Made by a program: the position numbers and the translations under genes
The notes under the pieces: generated by a model
What the model was told of the DNA's origin: nothing
What the model saw: the letters and a program-made list of their open reading frames with translations, nothing else
Databases searched by the model: none
Shown here: one piece after another, positions 32,633-48,505 of the stretch
How positions within the stretch are numbered: the stretch's first letter is position 1
Layout: each line of letters begins with the position of its first letter
Origin: the human T2T-CHM13v2.0 reference genome, Homo sapiens
Reading direction: 5' to 3' (one strand)
Assembly (NCBI RefSeq): GCF_009914755.1
Contig: NC_060931.1
DNA: 64,000 nucleotides

Positions 32633-32671
32633 AAAGAGCCTCATTCACATTAACTTGAAATGATGCCCTTT

Positions 32672-33238
32672 TGTGATGGTCAATTTTATGTGTCAACTTG
32701 ACTGGGCCATGGGTTGCCCAGATATTTGGTTGAACATTATTCTCTGTGATGTGTCTGTGAGGGTGTTGCTGGATTAGGTTAACTTTTGAATTGGTAGTCT
32801 GAGTAAAGCAGATTCTCCTCCCCAGTGTGGTGGGTCTCATCCAACAGTGAATAGAATGATAGGCCTACATGGAATGAACACACTAAGAAAGAATTTGCTC
32901 TTCAAACTGTCTTCAAGCTGGTACATCAGTCTTAATTCTGCCACTGAACTCAGACTTGGACTGGAGCTTTTCACTATCTGATTCTCAGGTCTTCAAACCA
33001 GACTGGAACTATACCATTATTTCTCTTGGGTCTTCAGCTTGCTGACAGCAGACTGTGGAATTTTCAGAGTCTGTAACTGCATGAGCTAATTCCTTATGAT
33101 AAATCTCTTTAAAGTTATACAGATAGATTAAGGATAGATAGATAGATAGATAGAGATATATGATAGATGATGGATGGATAGGTAGGTAGGTAGATAGATA
33201 GATAGATTCTGTTTCTTTGGAGAACCCACATTAATGCA
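32672..33238 (+). mobile_element. MLT2 (ERVL) solo LTR
   Basis: tgtgatggtcaattttatgtgtcaacttgactgggcc...ttctgtttctttggagaaccc...taatgca; TSD ccttt/ccttc. Confidence 0.85.
33121..33206. repeat. Compound (GATA)n/(GGAT)n/(GGTA)n STR
   Basis: Direct read. Confidence 0.9.
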
Positions 33239-33342
33239 CCTTCCTTTTTTTTCCTCTACAGTACCAAGGACCCAGGCACATTGCAGTAGGGTATTATTAT
33301 TATTCTGAGCAAAGCCCTGTGTGTTCTGCAGGGCTTCTAAAG

Positions 33343-33947
33343 CAGTGCTACTCAAAGTGTGGTCTATAGACCACTGCAAATTGCATAGCATTTGTTGCTG
33401 GTCTGCAGTGAGATAAGTAAAAGAATTGAGAGAAAGCACTGAAATAGCAATTTAGAGCATTGCCCCAACTTCTAAGCACTTGACCAGTGGACTTGATTTT
33501 TGTATATTTTTGCTTCTTTTATTTTTCCTGGTAATTCTTTCTTACTGGTTTTTGTTTTGTTTTGTTTGTTTTTGAGATGGAGTCTTGCTCTGTTGCCCAG
33601 GCTGGAGTGCAGTGGCACGATCTTAGCCACTGCAAGCTCCGCCTCCCGGGTTCATGCCATTCTCCTGCCTCAGCCTCCCAAGTAGCTGGGATTACAGGCG
33701 CCTGCCACCACGTCTGCCTAATTTTTTGTATTTTTAGTAGAGATGGGGTTTCACCGTGTTGGCCAGGATAGTCTCGATCTCCTGACCTTGTGATCTGCCC
33801 GCCTCGGCCTCCCAAAGTGCTGGGATTACAGGCGTGAACCACAGCGCCCAGCTCTTACTGTACTTTTTTAAAGTATCAGTCTACAAATGACCGAAACTAA
33901 AAAAAATTAAAACTGGTCCTTCCTCACAAATAGTTTGAGAAGCACAG
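33343..33947. mobile_element. hAT-Charlie family non-autonomous element, interrupted by an Alu
   Basis: TIRs cagtgctactcaaa / tttgagaagcacag; 8-bp TSD ttctaaag/ctctaaag. Confidence 0.75.
33549..33853 (-). mobile_element. AluY/Sc-like
   Basis: gcaagctccgcctcccgggttcatgccattc diagnostic; TSD tcttactg. Confidence 0.88.
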
Positions 33948-34200
33948 CTCTAAAGTATTTAATTTATGTTGTATAGATTTCTGGTAATGAACCACAGAGA
34001 AAGCAAGAAAAACATTTGGAGAAATGCATCTTAACTTGTCCCTGAAACTTTTTCAAAGAGCTTAAGATTTCTTAAAAGTCTTAGATGGACTTCTGAAAGA
34101 AGCTGAAAGACTTCAATTGATTCCTGAGCTCTCTATAGAGTGCTAGAGAAGTACAAGGCATCTCTTGCAGACTTGACAGCAATCCGTGTCCTCCAATTAC

Positions 34201-34282
34201 CAGACATACAAGGGGCAATATTGATCTTGCATGCTAAAGGTTAAAGAGCCTAACCAGTCCTGACACAGCCTTTGCCAAATTC
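34201..34282 (-). other. Candidate alternative/cryptic CALN1 exon (82 nt)
   Basis: gtgctttcgtggttgtttttacag|GAATTT...ATG CAA GAT CAA TAT TGC CCC TTG TAT GTC TG|gtaatt. Splice motifs only, no transcript evidence. Confidence 0.3.
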
Positions 34283-35711
34283 CTGTAAAAACAACCACGA
34301 AAGCACACCAAAATAATGATATTCTCAACACCACCAATGCCAGAGTATGGAAGAAGCTTTCATAAAATCAGTGCAGTTAGGATTAGAATGATGAATAATC
34401 AGTGGTGCAGCCTTGAAGTCAGAGACGGAATAACAGAGTCAGATAGTACAGGGATAAGAAGAGATTGTTATCTACCCAAATTCTCTTCTGTTTCAGGGAC
34501 TTAGGGATGACCAACCATAACAGCAGGCAATCACCCTTCTGACTGGAATTGCTTTATTAAAGCAGCCAAGGTCAAATCCCACCACCATCTCTTCCACCAC
34601 TGTGAAGCAACAACTTTTTTTCCTCTAGCTACTCATGGATCGTAACTCCCAGTATGCAAGGTGGCTAGGAATGGAAGGTCTGAGACGTGGACCCTGCACA
34701 TGAAGATGAGAAATTAGCTGCAAGGCACAGGTGTTGGTGAGAAGGATCCCAGGAGTAATGACCTATGGGGATTATGATTTTTCATGCATTGCTTCTGATT
34801 AAGAAAAAACTGCAGAAGGCCTCAAATAACCCAGAAATATATATGTCTTCCTCTCTGTTCAACAGCTACATGGTGGGCACAAGAAGATCTCATCTTACTC
34901 CAGCAAAGATGCTCTCAACAAAGGCCAGCTAGACCCTGGACATTTGGCTAAGCACTTATGAAACAGTTTTGTTCCCCTGTTAAAATCCTGCAGGGGCATG
35001 CCAGTTGGCAAACACTTGGTTTGGACAGATCTCAAATCAGACAAGAATGAGTAAGCAAAAACACTAACGTAGTGGTCTGTGTAAAAGTTCTGCATCATTA
35101 GAGAAGGAAGAACTTTCAAGAAGAAGTACAGCAAAAGCCTATTGCCAATAATGATATAATACAAGAAAGGACAATTTTACAAACTTTAACAAGGTGTCTA
35201 TGACACAGGAATGCAAATTCATAAAGAAATATCAGAGTGAGAAGAAGAGATATCAAGACAAAAAGAAAAGGCAATAAGCTGAGAGGTAAGCCGGTTTGGA
35301 AAAGGTGCATGCATTTGCAAACAAAGGAGAAATGCAAAAACAGTAGCAGAATGAAAATCTGCATTAAAGGCAATGAAGAGTATTTCAAAGAAACAGAAAT
35401 TTTACCACATAATGCACCCATGTACCCACCACCCAGATTTAATGATATTTTGCCTTCTTTGCTTATTTTTTAAAGAAATAACATATTACACTGAAACCCT
35501 TACCACCTACTCTATTCTTTCACTTCCCTCCCTCCACAGTGACAACTCTATTATCCTTCCTGTCCATGCTTTTAAATTTGTCCAGATTTTGATGTAACTA
35601 CATAGAATATATTGTATCATTGCTGTGCCTATCTTTAAATTTACATAAATGATATTACACCATCCATATGCTTTTGCAACCTGCATGGTTCACTCTATAT
35701 TGGATTTCTGA

Positions 35712-36055
<344 letters not shown>

Positions 36056-36270
36056 TAGTTAATTTTTAACTGCTCAACAGTTTTCCATTGTATATAAATT
36101 ACACAATCGATGGAAAAGTGTGCTGCAATGAATACCCCCATGTGTGTCTCTTCATATATATTTGCAGGAATTTATCTGAACTGCATATCTAGATAAAATA
36201 CTACCTGGTTATTGAGTATGCGAATCTTTACCTTTATTGGATTTAGTGAAATTGCACTCCAAAGTGATTG

Positions 36271-36870
36271 GGTTATTTATTGGTATATAATAGTTATTTA
36301 TTGGTATATAATAAATTACCCCTGAACTTTGTGGCTTAAAATAAATATTTATTATCTCAGGTTCTGTGGGTCAGAATCAGGAGCTGCTTAAGCTGGGTGG
36401 TTCTGGCTCAAGGAGTCTCCTCTGATTGCGGTCAAGACACTGACTGGGGCCACCATCATCAGAAGGCCTGACCGGGGCTGGAGGATCCATTTCCAAGATG
36501 GTGCACTCACATAGCTTTGTTCACGTGAGTTGGGAGCACTCACATGGCTCCCAACATGATGCCATTAAACATGGATTTGGAAAGAGATGTTCATAAAAGG
36601 TCTCACTTTCTTGTGGGTCTCTCCATAGGGCTTCTGAAGTGTCCTTATGACATGGGAGCTGGATCACCCCAAGCAAGTGATCAAAGACATGGGGGTAGGG
36701 GCTCTTATGACTTGGTCTTGGAAATCACACATCATCACTTCTGCCACATTGTTTTCATTAGAACTGTGTCACTGAATACAGCCAACACTTAGGGGGAAAG
36801 GAATTAGACTCCACCTTTTGAAAAATGGAGTATCAGATAATTTTTAGATGTATTTTAAAAACACCTTAAT
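36271..36870 (-). mobile_element. MLT1 (F/G-like) LTR
   Basis: ttctgtgggtcagaatcaggagctgcttaagctgggtggttctggctc...; TSD gattg at 36266-36270 and 36871-36875. Confidence 0.75.
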
Positions 36871-37769
36871 GATTGTGACAATTTACAGATCCACCATTAG
36901 TCTAGGAGTGTGTCAATTTCCCCGATAGCCTTGCCAAAACTTGGTATTAGCAGACTGTTTCATTTTTAATTGGATTTCCTTCACTGCTAGCTTAAGCATC
37001 TTTTTATATGGCTTTTACTCATTCAATTTCTTCTGCTACAAGTATGCTTTTCATCTTTATGTATTGGATTGTTTATGATTTTTGCACTGCTTTGTCCTTC
37101 TATGTTATTGTCCAGTGTCCAATTTCAATCTTATTTTTAACCCCTTTTCCCCAAAAATTAGTCAGAATTATTGTTTCTTACAATCGATACTTATGTAAAC
37201 TTTTCCACAAGTTTGCCAATTTTCTGCTCATCATTGGTTCTTGCAGGCTACTCCTTTGTTCCAGATTCAATTTCTTTTTCAATGAAGTGTAAATGTAAAT
37301 AAGGGGCTATAAATGGCAAGCTTTCTAAGTTTTTGTCTTAAAAAGTCTTTATTTCAACTTCATTTGAATTATGAAGGTTAACCTAGTAGAGAATTATAAA
37401 TTAATGATTTCCTTAGCACTTAAAAAATGTTTTGTTGCTGATGAGAAATCTATAGGTATACTTGCTGTTCACCTATTCATACTCATTCTGGACAATTCTA
37501 AGTCATTATGTTTTCAGATATAGGTGCTCTCCAAATCTCTTTATTCTCTTTTTGGTAAGCTCTTATTAGATGTACGTTGGACCTCTTTGTTCAAGCTGGA
37601 TTCTCTTGACTGGTTCACCCAAAAGCTATTCACAGTTCATCTGACTGAGGAAGCTGGGAGGCCAATAACTATTTTCCAGACTTTCTTGCTACTAAGGTTC
37701 TGGATGAAAGTTAGTTCTAATATTCAAAAGCTCTTACACAAAATTTGCAATATAGACATGAGGTGAAGG

Positions 37770-38385
37770 CAGTGATATACTGGTAAATGTTTAGCACTTG
37801 GTCTCAAAAAGAAACACTCTTGATGTGTAGCATTTTCCATTTTCATGGTGAAAATATTCCCAACAAGGACCAATTCCAAGCTCCCAACATGGTACCACTA
37901 AACATGGATTTGGAAAGAGATGTGCAGCAGTATACCAGCATACCACCATGAAGTATCTCCACCACACACACACAATAGGCTAAATTAACCACAAAATCAC
38001 AAATAATAGTAAAATGTAGCAAAATGATTAGGAAGTGATGAATTTTAAATATTTATTACCTTGATTTTTCACTTATTTCATTGTAAGTTCATATTCCATT
38101 TTTAAGAATGAATGCATAGGCTGAGTGTGGTGGCTCACACCTGTAATCCCAGCACTTTGGGATGCCAAGGTGGGAGCCCGGAGTTCAAGACCAGCTGGGC
38201 AACATAGCAAGACCTCATTTCTACAAAAAATAAAACAATTAGCCGGGCATAGTGGTATGTGCCTGTAGTCTTAGCTACTCAGGAGGCTGAGGTTGGAGAA
38301 TCGCTTAAGCCCAGAAGTTCAAGGCTGCAGTGAGCTATGATTAAACCCCTGTACTCCAGCCTGGGTAACAGAGAACGAGACCCTG

Positions 38386-38430
<45 letters not shown>

Positions 38431-38524
38431 GCATTTAATAGTCACCTCACAAAATCCCTTAAAATTTAAAAGTGGGCTCTCACAAGCCAGTATGAGCTTA
38501 TGAGCTAGCTCCAGCATGTCACTG
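37770..38524. mobile_element. MER63-like hAT element, interrupted by an Alu
   Basis: Ends cagtgatatactggtaaatgttta / gctagctccagcatgtcactg. Confidence 0.7.
38119..38426 (+). mobile_element. AluJ
   Basis: Full Alu with a long pure A-tail (~36 A). Confidence 0.88.
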
Positions 38525-39226
38525 GCTGTTTCCTTGCCATGTTTTGACTTTCTACAGAAAAGAAGACATGAAAACATGACATTTTCCTGCAGCAACATTC
38601 CATTGTTCACTCTCCAGTTTCCTGGCTGTGACAAAGCAGCTATGGTGGTGGCAGCAACAGCTTCTGAATCCCCAGATCACAGCTCTAGGGGACCATTCTC
38701 TAAATGCTGGGAAGTCAAGAGAATGTTGCAGGGACAATATACAGCAGTGGCAGCCTCAGTGGTAGCAACTCTCCTGGAGAGTTGACTTTGAGTTATTCTG
38801 GAATTCATTCTGGACAACGACCTAAAATCCACTCCTTCAACCCTTGAACAGTTATGCAAGCATCAAATCCCTTATACTAAATCCCCTCCTGCTTAAAATA
38901 CCCAGAGTGGTTACTGGTTCTTGAACTAAGTCTTCACTGATACATCATAGTGTTGTCCATATTCTTTAAACTCTTTTTAATTGTTCACATTTTTACCTCT
39001 CTGTGTATCTTAGAAGTAATCTCCTCAAATTATTTGCAAATTTGTACTTTCTCTTTTCAGTTTTTACTGAATGGTGGTTGAACCTGTCTACTGAATTTTT
39101 CATTTACATGACTGTATTTTCCATTTCCAGAAGTTTACTTTGGTTCTTTTATAAACACACCTCTTATTTTTCACTGAGTATCAATCTTTCATTATGATTC
39201 CTATACTTTCTTTCACCTTTTAACCA

Positions 39227-39522
<296 letters not shown>

Positions 39523-39967
39523 CTTTTAACCATTTCTGACTTATTTCATATTTTTCTTCAGAATGTCATTTTATAATTTCCATTTCTGAAGGCACTAATC
39601 CTCTTTTTGTACTACTCTGACTTTCCCAGTGACAAACTGTTTCCCAGTATTGCCTGTCATTTGTTGAGGGGAGGAACCCCAGCAGCCTTTGCAACAGGTG
39701 ACGCTTTTCCCACTGGAGTTCCAAGTTCACAGAGATCCCCGTCCATCACACAGGGCATCTCACCAGTTCAGAACCAGTCATTACATTAATTCCTTAACTT
39801 AGAAGCCTGCACCACACAGGCAGTGTACATTTGGACTGCACATCCCCTGGAACACTGGCTTAGAGTTTTGATTTGTCACTGTAGCCTTTCTCTTTTGTAG
39901 CCATTGATCTGGGAAGAAAATAAGCATCACTGCTACTTTGCTGGGCCAGTGTGGAGACTGAGTCTAG

Positions 39968-40365
<398 letters not shown>

Positions 40366-40377
40366 AGTAAGTTGCTA

Positions 40378-40474
40378 CTAGGTTGTACAAGAATAATTGC
40401 AGTTATTGCCATTACTCTTGCACCAACCATTACTTTCAATGGCAAAAATCGCAATTACTCTTGCACCAACCCAA
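40378..40474. mobile_element. MADE1 (Hsmar1-derived MITE) with an 18-bp internal insertion
   Basis: taggttg...aataattgcagttattgccatt / aatggcaaaaatcgcaattactcttgcaccaacc; followed by TA. Confidence 0.85.
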
Positions 40475-40725
40475 TATAACAGAATATGTGGCTTAAACAA
40501 CAAACATTTATTTCTCATGGTTCTCAAGCCTGGAAGGCCAAAATCAGGGTGCCAGCTTGATCAAATTCTTGATGAAGACCCTCTTCCTGGTCTACAGGGG
40601 GCCCTCTTCTCATTGTGTCCCCATGAGGTGGACAGCAGAGAGCGCTCTGGTCTCTTTGTCCCCTTATAAGAGGACATTCGTGAGGATTCCACCTCATTAG
40701 TGAATGAGGCCTCCACCTCCCACTC

Positions 40726-40805
40726 ATTAGCAGATAGGGCCTTTGAGAGGTGATTGGGTCACTATATCATGACCCAATCACCTCTCAAAGGCCATATCTG
40801 CTAAT
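40726..40805. repeat. 36-bp inverted repeat with 8-nt loop
   Basis: attagcagatagggcctttgagaggtgattgggtca-ctatatca-tgacccaatcacctctcaaaggccatatctgctaat; 1 mismatch. Confidence 0.93.
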
Positions 40806-40838
40806 ACCATCACATTGGCAATAAGAATTTCAACATAT

Positions 40839-41278
<440 letters not shown>

Positions 41279-42116
41279 TCACCAGAGCTTTCTGGGGGGC
41301 AGGGAGGTTCCTGTTGTTCAGTAGCGCCCACTCCTATGCTTATCTCCCTGGGCTCTGAGTTTCCCCTTCCTTCCTTTCTTTCTAACTGATTTTATTCGTC
41401 AGAGCTTAGCCAGGAAAACAGAGCCTGTATCAGGCAGTTCAACAAGAGGATTTAAAACAGCTATCTACTAAGTTGTTGGAAGGGTGGAAAAGCCAAACAG
41501 AGATACTTAGCAGAGATTAGAGATGGCAGCAACGTATTCCCACCCCTAGTCTGGAAGGACGTAGGGAGAGGGTGGTACTATCAGAACCTCAAAGTTGAGT
41601 TTCCCAAAAGGATCTAGCACCGTGGTAGGGGCTGCCCAATAGGAACTAAAAGGAGAGATGGAAAGGCTTTGCTCTGCCAAGATTCAAAGCAAGAACCACT
41701 AAAAAGAGACAGCCACTGCTGGAGACAATTATCAAAAGCAGATCGAGATGGGGAAAAATACCCCAGCCTCTCTCTTTTTCCCGCCTTTTCATTTCCTGCT
41801 GGTGTCTCCTTTTGGCCAAATCAGTCAGCAGCCTATTGCCAGGGAATCTGGAAATGTAGTTTGCAAACATCAAGCCCTACCATGCAGGGTAGCAGGAGAA
41901 AAAGGCAGATAAATCCGTAAGAAAGCAGGCAGATGACCAGCAAAGTGACATGTTTGGTATTTTTTTTCTATTTTATTCTGCATTTCTATGTTGATAGCAG
42001 AAAAAGCACCCATGTTAGCTTAGGACACTGACAGAGGTAGATCTCCAGGTAACATTTTTGAACTTCAAGGATAAGAAAAAATGCTCTGAGCATTCAGGTA
42101 GAAAATACAGTTTACC

Positions 42117-42422
<306 letters not shown>

Positions 42423-42768
42423 TCAGAATAATAATGGCTTCTGAAGATTCCTCCAGAAGCAACCACAAAAACAACACTATCTCCACCTCCCGCCGCCTTG
42501 AATGGGTCACTTAAATTAAAATAAGTAGAGAAGTTTATGAAGTAAATCATGAGGAAATATTGTAAGTCAAATGTAATAGAAAATAAAGTTCTCACTTCAA
42601 ACAATTCAAACTAAAAAACATTGAAGTACAGTGAAGTCCAAGTGAAAGATGATGAAGGTCATTCTATGTTTGAGGGTAAAATTCAAAATGATAGCATATT
42701 AGTCATAAACTTCTATGTACCATATCATAGCACTGTAAAGTAAAAATAATTTAAATATAAAGAAAAAC

Positions 42769-43054
42769 TGGCTGGGCACAGTGGCTCATACTCACAATCC
42801 CCACACTTTGGGAGGTTGAGACAGGAGGATAACTTGAGGCCAGGAGTTTGAGACCAGCCTGGGCAACACAGCGAAACCTCATCTCTATGAAAAATTTAGA
42901 AATAGCCTAGCGTGGTGGTGCGCACCTGTAGTCTCAGCTACTTCGGAGACTGAGGTGGGAGGATCGTTTGAGCCCAAGAAGTCAAGGCTGCAGTGAGCAT
43001 AATGTTGCCACTGCACTCCAGCTGGGACGACAAAGACTGTCTCTAAAAAAGTAA

Positions 43055-43085
<31 letters not shown>

Positions 43086-43088
43086 ATA
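42769..43088 (+). mobile_element. AluJ with (TAAA)n tail
   Basis: Full Alu. Confidence 0.87.
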
Positions 43089-43368
43089 CAGATTTTTAAA
43101 AATGGTTGAAGTCTTTAAAGACACCCTATAAGCCTCTGATAAATTACCTGGACAAAAAATAAAAACAAAAAGGATATGAAGAAAAGTGGGTATTAGGCTA
43201 TGAAGGCTAATTTAATGTGTGCGTTTCTGAGTGTGTGTGTCCCCCAGAGATCCGTCAAATTATCAAATATAAGACCACAGAGCAAACTTCAGCATACGTA
43301 TTTAAAAAGTTGGTCTACCACAGTTGAATTTAAGTAGAGACAATAATGAAAGTCAAATACTTTCAGTG

Positions 43369-43490
43369 TATACTGGGCAGATGATGGGTGCACCCAAATC
43401 TCACAAATCACTACTAAAGAATTTATGTAACCAAACACCACCTCTTTCCTAAAAACCTATGGAAATAAAATTTTTTTAAAATAAAATAGA
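43369..43490 (+). mobile_element. Short L1MA/L1PB 3' end
   Basis: gatgggtgcacccaaatctcacaaatcactactaaagaa...aaaaacctatggaaataaaa. Confidence 0.7.
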
Positions 43491-43669
43491 AGCCAAAATT
43501 GAAAATTTTATTATATTCCCCTAAATATTTCCTAGGTCAATGTTTAAATTAAAGTTATAATTACGGGCTATCTTTAAAGTAATGAAAATGGAAACAATAC
43601 TTATTTTTAAAAATAACAAAAACAATACTTATTTTTTTTAAATCACAGAGTGTAGCAAAGGAGCATTCA

Positions 43670-45494
<1,825 letters not shown>

Positions 45495-45829
45495 AAGGAG
45501 CATTCAGAAAAAAAGTTTTGTTATTTAAATGTTCTCTTTTATCTTAAAGAGGAAAAAACACTAAGTCCTCAATGCTAACTTCTTAGTTAAAAAATAACAA
45601 CAAAATAAATTAAGAAAATAGGAAAAAAAGGAAATAATGAAAGTGAATTAGAAAACAGATAATTTGAAAAAGCTAGTTCTCCAGAACAAAACCAATAAAC
45701 AACAAATCTCTGACAGGTTTATTAAAACAAATATAGAAAGCATAAATAGATAACATCCTGAAATATGGGAATTCTACATGCAACTCCAGACTAATAAATT
45801 TTAAAACACTGGTTAAATGAATAACTTTG

Positions 45830-47560
45830 CACTCAAGATAAAGAAAGTGGATTTTTTTAGTGAAAACAAGATGATTTAATATTATTCACACTTATTGAAA
45901 ACCTTGACATAACACTTTGTTATACAGTAATTTGAAGATTTGGTTTTGGGTTGAGTTTATTTCCAGACTTTATTTTCATGTCTGCCATAACCAAAAATAC
46001 ACCTCCGTAAGAGACACAGATCCAAATGGAAGAAAAATGTCATTGGCAGTATTTACGAAGTCATAATATTCATTCTTCAATTCCATCTGACAAGCATGCC
46101 AAGGTTTTTGCTGACATTTGGCTGGTGAAGTTTCATCTTCCCTAACGTCAACAGATGATTTTGCAAACTGAAAGCAGTTGCATTTTCATATTTTTAACAA
46201 ATGAGTCTGAAACTCCCTTGATCTCTTCATTTGGAAGTTTCTCACACAGTTGACAAAGTTCTGTTTCCAGATTTTTGAACTTTACAGAGTAGAGTTTGTA
46301 GATAGTGCACTCACCATCTTATTATTTTTTTTAGCTACAAAATCACATAATAGTTGAGACATTTCCAAAAACATCTATTTTCAAAAATGTTCTTTCCACA
46401 GCATAAGGTTCCTTTGAGAAGCGGTGATTTCCTCAATCTTTGTTAAAATGTCATCTTTACCTGTGTATGGCCAACAACATCCCACCATCTCAGAAAAGAC
46501 CAGAAAGTGTAGATCATTTGACTGTTTATGACAGAAAGCGTGCGACTCTTATTTGTGTTTGACAATTCACTTAAGAACTTTGCCCTGAAATAAGACGCAC
46601 ACTTTGTTGTGGCACAAAAGCCACCTGCAGCCATCTTCCATCTCATCTCAAAGATGTAGGCCAGTGAGAGTCAATAGAGATCTACATTTTAAATTGTCTT
46701 TTGGAAGTCTGTTAATCGTTTTGGCCAACTTCTGTCCAATCTGATGAACTCCTCAGTGCTCTAACTCATAGAGTAACTAATGAAGGGCTCCTTTTGGGAG
46801 CAAAGGAAATGTCAGCTTGGTCACTGTCTTGGGGTCTACTTGGGCCTGTTAGATCAGCATGATCAAAAGCTGAGGTTTCTTGGTAGACGTTCTGTAAAGC
46901 CTCTTGCCCATTATCTATTAGTCTAGTTGAAGCAAATTAATATAATCTGTAAATCCCTGATATGGTTTGGCTTCATCCCAAGCCAAATCTCATCTTGAAT
47001 TCCCAAATGTTGTGGGAGGGGCCTGGTGGGAGGTGACTGAATTATGGGGGCGGGTCTTTCCTGCACTGTTCTTGTGATAGTGACTGAGTCTCAAGAGATC
47101 TGATGGTTTTAAAAAAAAAAAAAAGAGGGGAGGGGTGCGGAGTTTCCCTGCACAAACTCTGCTTTTGCCTGCCGCCATCCATGTTAAGTCGTGACTTGCT
47201 CCTCCTTGCTTTCCTCCGTGATTGTGAGGCCTCCCCAGCCATGTAGAACTGTAAGCCCAATTAAACCTCTTTCTTTTGTAAATTGTCCAGTCTCTGGTAT
47301 GTCTTTATCAGCAGCTTGAAAATGAACTAATACAATCCCCCTAACCAGGCACTTGTGTCACAAGTCACTGGAAGGTACCACAATACCTCCCAGTGTGAGA
47401 TGCTCTCCTTTTCCTAAACACTTCACACCAGACCAGACAGCATATGGGCAACTGAAGGCGGCAGTGTCATTCTCTACTGTAGATAATCAGTAAAGTATAA
47501 TTTCCTCCTTTTATTCTTATACTCCAAAAAAACCCTTACATGCCCTCCCCTTTGAAAATC
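45830..47560 (-). mobile_element. hAT/Charlie transposase relic, interrupted by THE1
   Basis: Minus-strand translation near 45950-46050 gives IFLPFGSVSLTE...(frameshift)MKIKSGNKL, resembling the hAT C-terminal dimerization motif; degenerate. Confidence 0.65.
46958..47334 (+). mobile_element. THE1A/B solo LTR
   Basis: tgatatggtttggct...gtctttatcagcagc...taataca; perfect TSD atccc. Confidence 0.92.
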
Positions 47561-48014
47561 AGGCAGAGAAATTACCATGAAACAAGGAAAAAGACAAGAA
47601 GCCCATTATGTCCACTATTAAATAACACTATCCTAGAAATTCTACTTAATGCAGTAAAGCATGAACACAATAAGAGACTATTTAAGAGGAGAAAAACTAA
47701 AAAATAAAAATGAAAAGCCTAGAGTGAAATACATGTAAATATTTAACTCATCTTTCATAGTTAAGAGGCAGAGTTTACGTAAAACAAAAGAAATTACAAA
47801 GGAAAAGATGAATAGCCTTGCCAGTATAAAAATACAAACTTCTAAACATTATAAACGATATAAATAAAGGTAATAGGCAAACAGGGAATGCAAAGACTGT
47901 ATGATCAGACAATTCACAAAACTGGAAAGACAAAGAATTAATAAAGTATGCAAAAACAACAGTTGATCTCACAAGTAACCAAAGAAATACAATTTTTTAA
48001 AAGATGCTCTTATC

Positions 48015-48159
<145 letters not shown>

Positions 48160-48188
48160 ATGTTATCTGCTTTTTCAATGGGGGAGAG

Positions 48189-48505
48189 TTTTTGTTTCAA
48201 TTTTTGTTTTGTTTTGTTTTTTTGTTTGTTGTTTTTTTCTGAGACGGAGTCTTGCTCTGTCACCCAGGCTGGAGAGCAGTGGCACGATCTCTGCCTCCCC
48301 GGTTTAAGCATTCTCCTGCCTCAGCCTCTGAAGTAGCTGGGATTACAGGCGCATGCCACCATGCCCAGCTAATTTTTTGTATTTTTAACAGAGATACGGT
48401 TTCACCATGTTGGCCAGGCTGGTCTCGAACTCCTGACCTCATGATCCGCCCACCTCGTCCTCCCAAAGTGCTGGGATTACAGGCATGAGCCACCATGCCC
48501 AGCCC
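48189..48505 (-). mobile_element. AluS
   Basis: Full Alu with a small deletion. Confidence 0.88.

Larger units (their letters stand above)
37600..38944 (+). mobile_element. Old ERVL-type LTR (LTR33-like), split by MER63
   Basis: 3' end aaatcccctcctgcttaaaatacccagagtgg...ctgataca. Confidence 0.5.

Noticed and set aside
34899-34987. Second possible minus-strand exon (cccctgcag ... GGA|gtaaga)
   Set aside because: Weak pyrimidine tract and no other support.
41613-41635. REST/RE1-like motif tctagcaccgtggtaggggc
   Set aside because: The right half-site deviates too far from GGACAGCGCC, and it lies in probable old LTR sequence.
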